A DNA stretch of 64,000 bases from Thecamonas trahens ATCC 50062 (taxonomy: Eukaryota > Protista > Apusomonadida), in the NCBI RefSeq assembly GCF_000142905.1, contig NW_013657668.1, positions 358,492 to 422,491 of the forward strand, read 5' to 3'. Position numbers and translations under genes: made by a program. Positions 9,942-24,914 of the stretch are shown here, in pieces (within the stretch, counting starts at the first letter, position 1; each line of letters starts with the position of its first letter). A model generated the notes under the pieces. It was not told the origin of the DNA, did not search any database, and was given only the letters and a program-made list of their open reading frames with translations.

Positions 9942-11279
9942 TCAGTGTGTGAGGCGCGAGTCACCTGCGACAGTCGCAAGCACGGCGTCGGCTGCAAGTT
10001 CTGACGGATCACGCGAGTTGGGGCCGTCCAACAGTGGTGTGGTAAGCGACGATACAGCGAGCTGGGCGGCGCGAGCATCATCATCGGCCAATAGCCGGGT
10101 GGCGGCCGCGGCGATGCCGTCAGCATCGAGCGCGCTGGAGAAGAGAAACTCGGGAATGGGCGCGTCAGCGCCGACACCCATGCTCTTGGCTACGTCTGGC
10201 GACGCGTGCTCGTGATAGAGGATGTTGGGAAGCGAAGCCCACGAGACCTTGGTCAACCAGCGGGCGAGGTGCTCGGTGAGCCACGAGCCGGGAAAGGCGA
10301 CAACGGTGGGCGTTCCCATGGCAACCAGCTGCGGCACAACCGTGCCGGAAGCTGCCAGAGCCACATGCTGGCGCTGCATTGCACTACCGAGACCATGCAC
10401 AGTGGCCATGCTGGCGCGGAAAACCTCGACGCCAGGCTCATTGCCCATGTACGCCTTGGCCCGGTCCGCGATGGTTTCTGTAGCAGCAACAATGTGAAGA
10501 TCCACGTCGGCTGCATCCAGGCCTAGACTCCGCGCCACTCGCCCTGCCACGCCCGCAAAGAGCGGGAGCAAGACCCGGACCTCTTGTTGCCGCGAGCCCG
10601 GATAGATGCCGATGGTGAGGCGCTCCGCCGGCCCGGCCCACACCCTAGATGCCGCTGATCCGAGACCACCGCTCCGCTGCGCCGCAAGCAAGCCGGCCAC
10701 TGCCGGGTACCCGATGTAGGTGACCGGAAGGTCGGGCACGGCAGCTGCGAGGACGGGTGCGTCCATGGGGACGACCGAGAGCACGCCGGCAGCCGACGCC
10801 GCTAGGGCTTTGGCGCCGCGAGCAACACGCCCCGGAGATGACCACGCCCACAGCGACGGCGCCACGTACTGCAGCCGGGGAGGAACAGGCCTGCCGCTGG
10901 CAACAAGCTCCTCCGCCGCCCGCGCCACCACCCGGTTGTTAAAGCCCTTGGCGTCGACGGTGACGACAATGTCGGCCTCGGTCTCCGCCAGCCACCTCGC
11001 CGCCGCCGCCACGTGCGATCGCAGCCGCGGCAGAGCGGATATGACCTCGGTAAAGCCCATAACCGCAACTTCGTCCAACGGAATAGGCGAGGCTACGCCA
11101 GTTACAGCCTCCATCCGCGGTCCGCCGAGGGCCACCACTTCGACGCCGCGCTTCTGCAGCGCACGAGCCAGCCCTGCACCCAGACCGTCCCCCGATGGCT
11201 CCCCTGCTACCAGAGCCACCTTCACTCCGACTCGTCGAGCCGCTGCCATCACACTCGGCACCATCCCTCCACCCCTCAT
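9942..11279 (-). CDS. lpxB: Lipid-A-disaccharide synthase (GT19)
   Basis: All hallmark LpxB motifs are present: VAGEPSGD, AVMGFTEV, VDAKGFN, YVAPSLWAW, PGSRQQEV, AASGTV, SLPNIL and IPEFL. Confidence 0.93.
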   Translation of the reverse strand: MRGGGMVPSVMAAARRVGVKVALVAGEPSGDGLGAGLARALQKRGVEVVALGGPRMEAVTGVASPIPLDEVAVMGFTEVISALPRLRSHVAAAARWLAETEADIVVTVDAKGFNNRVVARAAEELVASGRPVPPRLQYVAPSLWAWSSPGRVARGAKALAASAAGVLSVVPMDAPVLAAAVPDLPVTYIGYPAVAGLLAAQRSGGLGSAASRVWAGPAERLTIGIYPGSRQQEVRVLLPLFAGVAGRVARSLGLDAADVDLHIVAATETIADRAKAYMGNEPGVEVFRASMATVHGLGSAMQRQHVALAASGTVVPQLVAMGTPTVVAFPGSWLTEHLARWLTKVSWASLPNILYHEHASPDVAKSMGVGADAPIPEFLFSSALDADGIAAAATRLLADDDARAAQLAVSSLTTPLLDGPNSRDPSELAADAVLATVAGDSRLTH

Positions 11280-11676
11280 ACTCTGCGATCTGCCGTCTCT
11301 GTCTCCCGAGTGCAGTGTTTATCCCTCATTTCCGTTGAGACGTACCCTAGTTGCGGACACTGTCACGGACGTCGACCGAGTAGACTCGCCACAGACAGCC
11401 ATCGCCAAGCGAAGACAACCTGATCATCGCAGTCATTAATCGCCATCACCCTCGACAGGTAATAGAACTTGCCTACGTGACTGGCGCATGGCGTATGTCA
11501 CACACACCCCCTCTTTCCCTTTCCCTTCCCTTCCCTACACCACAGCAGCAAAACGCCAACAATGGCGCGCCATCAGCCCCCGCTCGATCCTGCCCCCCCC
11601 CCTCACCCACCCCCGGTCCACTAGGCACAGCCATAGGGTGCGGGATCACTTGACCCGTAACCCGTGGAGTGCAGCC

Positions 11677-14600
11677 ATGGGGAAAGACAAGGCCAAGGAG
11701 AAGGAGGCCAAGGCACGGGCCAAGGTATGTTCTGGAATGGATGGGCAAGGGGGAGGGAAGGAGGGGGAGGGGGGGGTGTCTTGAGCGGCGTGGGGTGCAT
11801 GGGAGGGGAACGAACACGGCTGGCAAGTGTGGGGGGGGGGGGGGGGGGGAAGGAGGAGGGATGACTGATGGGGGTGGAATGCGGATGGGATGCGGATTGG
11901 CAACAGGCTGAGGCCAAGCGTGCCAAAGAGGAGGCCAAGCGTGCCAAGGAGGAGGCCAAGCGCGCGAAGAAGGAGGCCAAGGAGAGGGAGAAGGCTGAGA
12001 AGGCTGCAAAGAAGAAGGCGGAAAAGGAGGCCAAGAGCAAGAAGGCGCGAAAGAAGGGAAAGAGCTCAGAGTCTGCAAAGGTGCCCCAGAAGGCCGAGAA
12101 GGTGCCCGATGCTGCGCCAGAGCGAAATCCCGAGCCAGTGCCTCAGACAGAGGCTCCGGCGGCTGCCAAGCCCGCGCGTGCGTCGGCCAAGGGCAAAGGA
12201 AAGGCCAAGGCCAAGCAGGCAGCGGCAAATTCGGGCTCGGGCTCCTCCAGCTCAAGCTCGTCGGGCTACAGCTCGGGCTCAGGATCGAGCTCGTCGAGCT
12301 CGGGATCGCGATCGGACGCTGGTGGAGACGAGGCCGGTGCGAGTGGTCCCGCGGTCAAGGCCGCAGTCCCAAGCGGCGAGAGCAAGATGCGTGGGGCACG
12401 AGGCCTCTCGGCTCTAGTGGCCAAGCACACCAACATCGAGGCGCTCACGGTGGTCAAGGCCGAGAACAGACTGCTCAAAGAGAAGAACGAGTCCCTGAGC
12501 GCCGATGTCAAGGAGCTGACGGCCGAGAACACACGCCTTGCAGCCAAACAGGAGAAGACCAAGACCAAGCTTGATGGCCTCCGTGAAGCGTATACAGACA
12601 TGAGCACTGCGTTTGAGCAGGCCAAGACCAAGAATCAGGAGCTCGTCGCTATTGTTGCAGAAGTTCAGAAGGAGGCCGGAAAGCTCGAGGCTCAGATCGA
12701 GCATGATGCCACTGCACACGCCGCCGCCATCCGCGAGCTCAAAGCTGAGCTGAACGACAAGCTGAGTGAGTTGGAAGCTGCTGCTGTCGACCGCGACGCC
12801 GCAGCCGCCTCCCGCGACGCCGCAGCCGCAGACGCCGCCGCCGCGGCTGCTGCTGCTGCTGAGCTACAGATCCAGGTGAGCCAGCTTGCAGAGGAGCTCA
12901 AAGAGCTCAAGGCCCGCGCGCCTCTTATGCAGCCGAGCCCTGAAAAGGCAGTCCAGGCCGAAAGCGTGGCGGCTTCCGACTCTGAGGCAGCCTCGGCAGA
13001 GCTCCTGGCCGAAGTCGAGACGCTCAAGGCGAGTCTAGCAGGCAAGGACGAGGAGCTGGCCAAGCTGCGGTCTCAACTGGAAGAGGCTCGATCGGCGGCG
13101 TCCGGTCCGTCGGTGCCATCGTCGGGCGCAAATGCTGCGGCGCCGCCGCCACCTGCGGCCAACCCGCCGCCGCCGCCGCCGCCGCCCCCGGCCGCCAACC
13201 CGCCGCCACCACCACCACCACCACCTGGAGGCAGTGGCCCTCCACCGCCACCGCCACCGATGCCCGGAAGCGGTCCGCCACCACCGCCACCGCCAATGCC
13301 AGGTGGTGGCCCGCCACCGCCGCCGCCGCCGCCGGGCGGTGGCCCGCCACCGCCACCGCCGCCGCCGGGCGGTGGCCCGCCGCCGCCACCAGGCATGCCG
13401 GGTGGGGCCATTGCGCTCCCGCGCGGCAAGCCCAAGATCAAGCCGCGCGTTCGGATGAAGGGCTTGTTCTGGAAAAAGGTCAAGACGCTACCGCCGACAC
13501 ACCCGCAGTACGTGCCGACGGTGTGGGAGGATCTGGAGGAGCCCGAGTTTGACATCGACCGTCTCGAGGAGCTGTTCGGGAAGAAGACCGGCGGCGGGAG
13601 CGGTGCGAGCGGAGGTGCTACTGCCGTTGCCGCCGCCAAGCCCAAGTTCACTAATGTGCTTGACGGTAAGCGGTACAACGCAGTGGCGTTCATGATGGCC
13701 AAGCTGCCCAAGGCGCCCGAGCTGGCGCGTGCCGTGCTGGAGCTTGACGATTCGGTGCTCAACCCGGAGGCCGTCTCGCAGCTCCTCGCCAACATGGGGA
13801 CGCCGGAGGAGATTGCGGCCATCAAAAGCGCAGACACGTCCGAGGCGCCGCTCGACCGTCCGGAGCAGTTTGTCCTCGACCTGTCGGAGATCCCGCTTCT
13901 GGGCAAGCGACTGCTTGTGTGGAAGAACGTGCAGTCGTTTGCCGAGGCTGCCGCCGACGTCTCACAACCTCTTGCCGCGCTCGACGACGCGATTTCCGAG
14001 ACCAAGTCATCGCCGCTCTTGCTCGACATCATCGCCCACGTTCTGGCAGTCGGCAACTACCTCAACGGCTCGACATCGCGTGGCCAGGCCATGGGCTACG
14101 ACCTCGATTCGTTGTTCAAGATCAACGACTTGAAGGACTCACGCAACAAGTCGACGCTGCTGCACTTTGTAGTCAACGAGATCATGGACAAGGCCGCGGC
14201 TACCGCCGCTGCCGCTACTGCCGAAAGGTCCAGTGACGGCGACGGCGACGAGCAGCAGCAGCCGTCAGAAGCGGCAACGTCTAACCAGACCGACCCGCTG
14301 GCGCTGGCCGAGCAGCTGGCAGCAGTCCCGGCTGGGGCCCGAGTCTCGCTTGACGAGCTTGAAGGCGGCATCAAGCGGCTGACCAAGCTTGTAGCAGAGA
14401 CCCAAGCGGCGGCCAAGGTTGTGATGGAGGCGAGCGCGGGCGAGGATGGCGAGGGTGCGAGCAGCGGCGACGCGTTTGCCACCAAGCTCGTGCCGGAGCT
14501 GGCGCGGATGGAGGCTGACGTTGCCGAGTTCCAGGACACGTTCACCAAGCTCGCAGCGGGCTTCACCGACATGCTCCTGTTTTACGGATACACCAAGCGA

Positions 14601-14921
14601 AGTGTGAGCAAGGTCAAGCCCAACGAGTTCTTTGCGTCACTGGCCGAGTTTACCGAGGCGTACGAGGCCGTGCGCGAGAAGATCGTCAAGGCACGCGCGA
14701 AGGCGGCCAAGGCACGGGAGGCTGAACAAAAGCTGGCGCGGGAGCGCCAGGAGCGGCTGAAGCACCTCGGCGACCTCGCGGTCGATGACGGGTCGACACG
14801 TGAGCTGACTGAAGCCGGCGTGGCGGCGACATCGTTGTCGAGGGCGTCAACTGTCGACGACCTGGTCATGTCGCTCAAGTCAGGGGGCAGCAGCGACAAG
14901 AAGAAGCGCCGCCGCAACTGA
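11677..14921 (+). CDS. Formin (coiled coil + FH1 + FH2); intron 11725..11906
   Basis: Poly-Pro FH1 region. FH2 motifs MKGLFWKKV, LEELF, LAVGNYLNG and KINDLKD..TLLHF. Phase-0 intron GTATGT...CAG. Confidence 0.93.
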
Positions 14922-14973
14922 ACAACACGATGCACAATACAGACTGCACACTAAACGTGGACATAGCGTCGAA

Positions 14974-15938
14974 TCAGAAGAGACCGAACCGGCGGGCGAG
15001 GGCGATGCAGCCCCAGGCGAGGCCGGCGAGCATAGCGAACTGGACAAGGAAGGTCGAGGCGCGGTTGGCGCGGATCTGCCCGGTCGGCGAGCTGACAGCG
15101 GCAACAACGGTGGCACGCGCATCATCGCCAACGATCGGTGGGCCGTGGCCAAACATGACAACGTCGACGTCGTCGTGGGCCTCGAGCTGGTCGAGAACAA
15201 AGCGGGCCCACGCGGCGTGGTCCGGGATGCCGATGACCGAGAACAGCCGGGCACGCCCGAGGCCCTCAAAGCCGCACAAGTCGGCAAACGGCGTCTCGTC
15301 GGCCTGCCAGTTGACGACCAGGTCCGAGCCAAGGAGCATCGCACGCGATGCTGCCCCGTCGTCGAGCCCGTCGATGGCAAAGGTGTAGACCTGCTCGCGG
15401 CCTTTGCACGCCGGCTCCGGCGCAGTGACGACGTCGATGCCCAGCGCTGGGAGCACGTCCTCGGCGGCGGCAGTGACCGGCACATGCTCACGTTCGCGGA
15501 TGACGTCCAGCATCGGGCCCGGGCCCACCACCACAGCCTCGGGAAACCGGGCCGCCCACGCGGCGCCGTACGACGTGTGATGCTCCGAGGTGACGACGAT
15601 GACCGCCACCTCGCCCAGGGCTTCCACAGCCGCAAAGGTCGCGTCCTCGGCGGCAGCCACCGAAAAGAGCACCAGCTGGTTCTCGTTCACCCGCACAACG
15701 GTCATGTTGGCCAGACAGCCAAGCGGGGCACAACCTGATAGGGAGCGGAAGGGTGAGTGTTGGCCTGCGAGGGAAGGGCGGTCAGTGGAGGCACATGACA
15801 GGCGTCGCACCTACCCTTGCACAGCCACACATTGCCCGCCACCTGGCTGAGCTCTGTGTTCGGCTTGTGCCCTGTGATCTTGTGCTTGACAACACCGGCA
15901 ATGACAAACGGGATGGCCATGGTAAGAGCAACCGACAT
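14974..15938 (-). CDS. DUF4336-like (metallo-beta-lactamase-fold-like) protein; intron 15814..15735
   Basis: NMTVVR...LVLFS, LGEVAVIV..SEHH...W..RFPEA, D-L-V and FGHG motifs, plus a C-terminal TM. The intron is phase-compatible. Confidence 0.65.
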
Positions 15939-16473
15939 GCTGGGCTGGCTGAAGGGGAAGGAAAGGGGCGAGGCAAGTGGCCCGGCCAGCAAACCACGAC
16001 CTTTTTCGGCCACTATTGGCATTCTGGGGGGGGGGGAGGAGGGGCGGCGGGAATGGCGCAAGCGACCAAAGCGTGCCGAGAAAGCGATATGGTATTTTTC
16101 GGCAGACCATCATTCTCGGGCATGGTGGGCGTACAAGCCTTGTGGCCACTGCACCCCACAGATACTTGCGATACAGGCACCACGTGCTTTACTGCCGATT
16201 ATGCTCCCACTGACTGGGGGGTTCTACCTCTTGCTAGTATTGCACGCTGCTTTGACGCACGTCCAGAGGTCGACACTGATGACGGCAAAGTGACCGTTCC
16301 CGCTTGCGATGCGTCAGCCGAGGAGAATGTCCCCCTCCCTCCCCCCCCCTCCTTCCCACCTCTCCCTTGCCTCCTCCTCCTCCTCCTCTTCCCCGATACT
16401 CGTCAGGGATACAGCACGAGCAAGAGTGCTTCGTGCAGGACTTCAGGCGGTGCGTGCGGGGATACGGTTGCCT

Positions 16474-17409
16474 ATGGTGCGGAAGAGCCCGCGGAGGGCG
16501 GCGCCAGCGAGTGCTGTGTCGTCGGCAAGCGTACAGACGGTGAAGCGGAGCCGGAAGCGGCGCTTGAGTACGGCAGCGCTGGTGCTCGAGGTGGAGGAAC
16601 CTAGCGACGAGAGCGAGGGCGAAGGCAAGGAGGGCAAGAAGGCGGCGGCGACAGCGGGCAAGAGCAAGCAGCGGAAGAAGCCGGTGGCGACCAAAGACGA
16701 CGAGCCGCCGGCCCAGTGGGCCGAGGTCTACCGGCGGATCGAGGAGATGCGGGCCAAGGAGGACGCACCGGTCGACACCATGGGCTGCGAGCGGGCGGGA
16801 GATACTGCGGCAGTGCCCGAAGTCTTTCGGTTCCAGACACTGGTGGCGCTGATGCTGTCGTCGCAGACCAAGGACGAGATCACGCACGATGCGATCGGGC
16901 GACTCAACGAGGGTCTCCCGGGCGGGCTCACCCCGCAGGCTGTTGTCGATGCCGAGCCCAGCCACATCAACGAACTCATCCGGCGTGTTGGCTTCCACAA
17001 CCGGAAGACTGGGTACCTGCAAAAGGCTGCGGCGATCATACTCGACGAGTACGGCGGCGACATTCCGCCTACTGTCGAGACGCTGGTCAAGCTCCCGGGT
17101 GTGGGGATGAAGATGGCCATGCTCGCCATGCAGTGCGCCTGGTTCATCAACTCGGGCATCGGTGTCGACGTCCACGTCCACCGCATTGCCAACCGCCTCG
17201 GCTGGGTGAACAAAACCAAGAACCCCGAGGCGACCCGCATCGAGCTCGAGGCCTGGCTGCCCAAGGATAAGTGGGGTCCCATCAATCCGTTGCTTGTTGG
17301 CTTTGGCCAGACCGTTTGTCGGCCCGTCGGCCCGCACTGCGACCGCTGCACTGCCTCGGACCTCTGCCCATCAGCCTTCAAGAGTGCCCGCAAGAAGCAG
17401 CGTCGGTGA
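16474..17409 (+). CDS. NTH1: Endonuclease III homolog (HhH-GPD DNA glycosylase/AP lyase)
   Basis: APVDTMGCE, LMLSSQTKDE, LPGVGMKMA, GIGVDVHVHRI and the 4Fe-4S motif C-x6-C-x2-C-x5-C. Additional upstream exons are possible. Confidence 0.95.
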   Translation: MVRKSPRRAAPASAVSSASVQTVKRSRKRRLSTAALVLEVEEPSDESEGEGKEGKKAAATAGKSKQRKKPVATKDDEPPAQWAEVYRRIEEMRAKEDAPVDTMGCERAGDTAAVPEVFRFQTLVALMLSSQTKDEITHDAIGRLNEGLPGGLTPQAVVDAEPSHINELIRRVGFHNRKTGYLQKAAAIILDEYGGDIPPTVETLVKLPGVGMKMAMLAMQCAWFINSGIGVDVHVHRIANRLGWVNKTKNPEATRIELEAWLPKDKWGPINPLLVGFGQTVCRPVGPHCDRCTASDLCPSAFKSARKKQRR

Positions 17410-17805
17410 CGGATTGTCTCGATCCGACGCCGACCCCGTCCCCGACACTGACTCCAAACCCGCGATGGTGGCGAGCTAGCCGGCGACACCATCTGATATA
17501 AGTAGCCTTGCTTCACCCTGAACGGTAAGGTTGTTTGGGCGCGTTGTTGCACGCCTCAGAATGAACAACACAGTTCATGATCAAGTCCTCTCCCCACGCT
17601 GCCGCCAACCGCCAGCCGATTGGCGTCCCATGGCCGCGCACTCGTGATGCCATCCGCCACGTACGCGCCCATCTGCAGCATGCCATGAGTCGCCGAAGCG
17701 GTGATGGGCTGAAAGGAGCATGGGCGAGGCGTGCGAGGCGGCGTACGGCACCCATCACGCGCCTCGCGTTAGCCCCCAAACCCCTTTGCCGCACGACCAA
17801 CAGAC

Positions 17806-17883
17806 CGCCGACCGACGACCGACGACCGACGACCGACGACCGAGGCCGAGAGCGAGACCGAGGCCGAGGCCGAGGCCAAGGCC
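17806..17883 (+). repeat. (ACCGACG)n/(CCGAGG)n short tandem repeats just upstream of RPAP3
   Basis: Directly visible. Confidence 0.85.
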
Positions 17884-17903
17884 GCAACCCACTTCGCTTC
17901 GCC

Positions 17904-19585
17904 ATGTCGGCCCACCTCCAAGCGCAGATCCGCCGCAATGCACAGACCATGCAAGAGGCGGTAGCCGACCTCTACCGCTGGCAGGACGACATTGCCAAGA
18001 AGGACAAGTCTCTCAAGGACAAGCCTGCCGTCGCAAAGGTACGCCCCTACCCCTACCCCTCCCCCCCCCCCCCCCCCCCTTCCTACCCATACCTAACCAC
18101 CACCACCACTCACCCCCTCGCCCCACGCAGAAACTCCCTCCCATCCGCGGGACCGCCGCCTCGGGCGTCTCGTTCTCGGACAAGAGCGCCGCGCCAGCAC
18201 GGACGTCTGGCGGCAAGTCGCGGCGGAAACGCGTCCGCCGTAACAAGCCATCCAAGACTGCAGCTGGCTCTGGTGCTGGCGCTGGGCGCTCCAGTGGCGG
18301 GGAGAGCAAAACCAAGGACAAGGGTGAAGCTGGTCGGATCTCGGCGTACGACTACTCGGCTTGGGATCGGTTCGACGTCGACGCCGCCATTCAAGAGATC
18401 TCCTCGTCGGCCGAGTACACGTACGAGGACGAGGACGACGGCCCGGTGGAGGCTTCCAGCAGCCAGGCCTCGCCAGAGGAGGTCAAGGCCGAAGGTAACA
18501 AGGCGTTTGCGGCAGGCAAGTATGCCAACGCTGTCGAGCTCTACTCGCAGGCCATGGACCTTGATCCGACCAACGCGGTGTACCCTGCCAACCGCGCCAT
18601 GGCCCACCTGAAGATGAAGGACTACAAGGCCACCATCCGCGACTGCTCGCGTTCGATTGCCCTGGATCCCACGTACTTTAAGTCGTACGCAAGGCGTGCA
18701 AGCGCGTACGAAGCGCTCGACAAGCTCGTCGAGGCCAAAGCCGACTACGAGCGGCTTGTTCAGCTCAAGCCGACGACCAAGGCCTACGCCCGCTCGCTGG
18801 GCGACGTCGTCCGTAGACTGAAGAATGCCGCCGTTGAGCGCGCGGCCGCAGAGTCCGGCAACACGCCCACCGCCCCGGCTCAGCCCAAGGCTACGACGGC
18901 AGCCGGATCGGGAGCCGCAAAGAAGCCGGGCAAGAAGAAAATGGTCATCGAAGAGGTCGCCGAAGAGCCCGCTGCCGTTGCAGACGAGCCGCTCGAAGAG
19001 ACCATCATGATCCCGGTCAAGGTTGTCGGCGAGCTCCCTGCATACGAGCCCTTTGACGCCCCGGCACCCGCAACGGCGGCTCCGCCTGCAGCATCGACCT
19101 CGGCCGCGGCGGCGGCTCCGCCCACGACGGCGGCGCCACCAGCAGCGACGATCCTGCCCGTGGCATCGACCCCGGCCACAATCGATGACGTGCCGACGGT
19201 GACGCCGCCGGCTTCGTTGTACGAGTTTCAGCGCGAGTGGGCCACCCTGGCCGCCACCGACCCAACCGCCCTCCCGCTGCTCCTCCACATTGCTCCCGAG
19301 AGCTACAAGACGTTCTTCAACACACAGATGACCGAACCGATCCTGGTCAAGATCGTCGACGTCCTCGCACACGCCGTCGCATCCGATGTCGGGCATCCGC
19401 TGGCAGATGCAGCCCTCGACTACGCAGCGCGCATGCTCTCCGCCCTCCCCTCGGTCCCACGGTTTGGTATGCTCTCCATGTTCCTGCCCTCCGCCACCAA
19501 CACCACCATCCGCAGCCTTGTCACCCAGATCAAGTCCTCTCCGACTGCGGCCGCCGCACTTGCGCCCTCGGCCTTTACGCCGTAG
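17904..19585 (+). CDS. RPAP3: RNA polymerase II-associated protein 3 (R2TP TPR co-chaperone); intron 18039..18130
   Basis: N-terminal QIRRNAQTMQEAVADLYRWQDDIAKKD and RISAYDYSAWDRFDVD, a TPR triad (KAEGNKAF...NRAMAHLK), and an RPAP3_C-like PPASLYEFQREW...VPRF. Confidence 0.85.
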
Positions 19586-19853
19586 TCTCTATCGTACCCT
19601 CCCCCCCCGTTTGGGTGGCATCGTGAAAAAATAATGGCTGCCTTTCCGCAATCGGCCACAGCTTTGCCGGGATGACGTGTCCCCAGCCACCCGCCGTCTG
19701 ACGACGGGAAGACAGGCTGCCGTGGCCAAGACGCAGCAGGCGACACAGACCTTAGCACGGTACACCTAACCCTTGCCTGGCCTTTCGACTGCACACCAAC
19801 TCGAGGCGTGCGTCACCCGCCTAACCCCGCCAAAGCTGCCGTCATCACCACGC

Positions 19854-20086
19854 ATGCGCTCGCCGGGGCCGTCGCGGCTGTCCCCGCCGAGGCCAACTCC
19901 GCCGAGGCCGTCGTCAGCTCCTGCTCCCGGGCTTGAGACAGGAGACACAGGACGCCTCACCTCCCTGCACCAAGCCGAGTCTACCAGTCCTGCAAAGGCA
20001 TGCGCTGATGCGGCTACCCAGACACCGCTTATTCCAGGACTGAATCCGCTCGCGGACGCCCGCCCGCCGTGGCTTGCCTCTGCCGC

Positions 20087-20117
<31 letters not shown>

Positions 20118-21947
20118 ACTGATGCTGCTGACGGCCATGGCTCTGCCTCGTCGTCATGGTTCGAGAGCGATGACGCTGATGGTCATGCCGAGTCCTCGGG
20201 CCACTCACCCCTGATTGAAGCCGAGCCGCAGCTTCTGCAGCCCGGTGCAGGCGCGCGGCTGACGGCGCACCGGTCCAGATCGGTCTCGCCGACTGCGCTC
20301 CGATCACCAAGCATTGACCAGGCCGGCAACGCTGCCTTGTCCCACAAGCATGCGCACGCTCATGACAGCGGCGGCAGCATGTTCGCGAAAAAGGCAACTC
20401 ATAGTCGCTCCCTAATCGAGATCGACAGCTCGTCGATCAAGGCCCACTCGTCGCCGCGACTCAACGACGACTTTGCCCCAGAGAACGATACAATCGAACC
20501 GGCAGCCGAGCCTGGCAGTGACAGTACTGGAGGTGGCTCTAACGATCTCTTCTTTGACGCTCTAGACGTGCTGCCACCGCCGGCGTCCAACTCGCCGACT
20601 TCCGACGTGGAGGCGCCGTCCATCCTTGTGCTCCATCCGTCGGTGGGCGAGTCGGACTTTGCGCGGGCACACTCCGAGTCGCGTCGGGAGCGGTCGTTGT
20701 CATCAGACCGGCCGGTGCGGCTTCGGCGGCGGCGGAGGCGCAAGCGGCGGCGGCCGTCGTCTCGCCACACGTCGCAGCGGGCTGCGCGCTCGTGGCGCGA
20801 GCCGCGCGGCGGCTCAGACGCCTCGCACGACGGCTCATACTCGCCAACCGTGACGGCCACCGCCACTGCTACCGCCACCGCCACCGCCACTGGCCCAGCG
20901 TCGATGGGCGCCGCCACGTGGGCAGCGCAGGGTCGGCAGTCGCCCGAGTTGGCCGACTCGGCCGCTGCCGGGGTGCACGATGACTCGGGCTCGGCCGCCG
21001 ACAACGGCGGTGACCAACGCATGCGACATGTGGCTTCGGAAAGCAATGTTCACGGGCTTGGCTACCACGCCAACGCGGGTAGCCCAGAGCCGGGCGGCGA
21101 CATCATCGATGACGATGTGTCTGCCACGCCGGCGACGCCAGCGACCGAGCCGGTCACGCCCAAGCCGTGGCTTCTTGTCGACTACAAGCCTGTGCAGAAC
21201 GACCCGGAGCAGATGCCCGAGGCTATCATCGAGCGGTTTGCGGCGGCCGAGCCCGAGCACGCCGCCATACTTGCCGAGCTTAAGGCGCATGCAAAGGCGA
21301 CGTACAACGAGACCTTCCTCACCCAGTTCTGCTCGGACGACCTCGTCTTTCACCGCTACCTTGTTGCCACCCACTGGGAGCTTGAGAAGGCCAAGGAGAT
21401 TCTGGGTGAGACGTGCGAGTGGTTTACCGAGAACCGCCCGCGCGAGATGGTGTGCGAGACGTGCATGACCGTGCCGGGCTCGCACACCATGTACATCCTC
21501 GGCTACGACAAGATCAAGCGGCCGGTGGTGTACCAGACGTTCAAGGGCAACCTCGATCGCGACCCAGACGCCCTCATCCGGCACTCGATTGTGGTCATGG
21601 AGTCGATGATCCATTGCATGGCGTCGGGCGTCGGCCAGTGGGTGTGGATCATCGACTACGCCGGCTTTGGCTACTCGTGGGTCAACAAGTCGATGGCCAA
21701 AAAGTACGCCAACCTCTTCAACAACTACTACGCCGAGCGACTCGGCGAGATCATGCTCATCGAGCCTCCTTTCCTCTTCTCCGCCCTCTGGCGCTTTGGC
21801 AAGCGCTTTGCCGAGCCTGAGACGGTCGCCAAGGTCTCCTTCCTTGCCATGACCGAGACCGAAGACAAGTTCCACCAGCTCTTTGACCCGGACCTCGTCG
21901 CTCTCATCAACGAGAAGATGGCCTACTACCGCTCACTTTCCGAGTAA
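19854..21947 (+). CDS. CRAL-TRIO/Sec14-like lipid-transfer protein with a long disordered N-terminus
   Basis: RYLVATHW, GYDKIKRPV, WIIDYAGFG, YYAERLG..PPFLF..W and ETVAKVSF. Start uncertain. Confidence 0.85.
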
Positions 21948-22337
21948 CAAACGACCAAGCCATCCATCGATCCCCCCCCCCTTCCTCCTACCCCTAACCA
22001 GGTGGCAGCCACATTGGCGCGCATACCTCCGAATCGACCGACCACCTGGAAGCACACCACCGACCGACCACCCGTACCACCACAACCACCACAACCACAA
22101 CCACCACACCCGTAACACTCTTCTCTGCGCAACGTACGCCATTCCTTTTCTCCCACACACCTCCTTGCCCCTTACACACCTTCCCCCCCCTCCCCCCTGC
22201 CCCCCCTGCCCCCCTTGCCCCCCCCCCCCCCTCCTCTGCCTTCCTCTGCCGTTGCCATCCACCATCGCAGTGCGACTCACCCGCTCCCCTTCCACCCCCC
22301 CCCCCATACCCTCCCTCTCGCTCCCTCACAGAATATC

Positions 22338-24843
<2,506 letters not shown>

Positions 24844-24914
24844 TTGTGTTGTGTGTTGTAAAGGAACTTGTTATTGGGTCGTGCAAATATAGTGTCTCTT
24901 GGCCGTAGCCAACA

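Noticed and set aside
9942-11279. Bacterial contamination as the explanation for lpxB and prmC
   Set aside because: They are contiguous with intron-containing eukaryotic genes, have the same composition and show no bacterial operon context.
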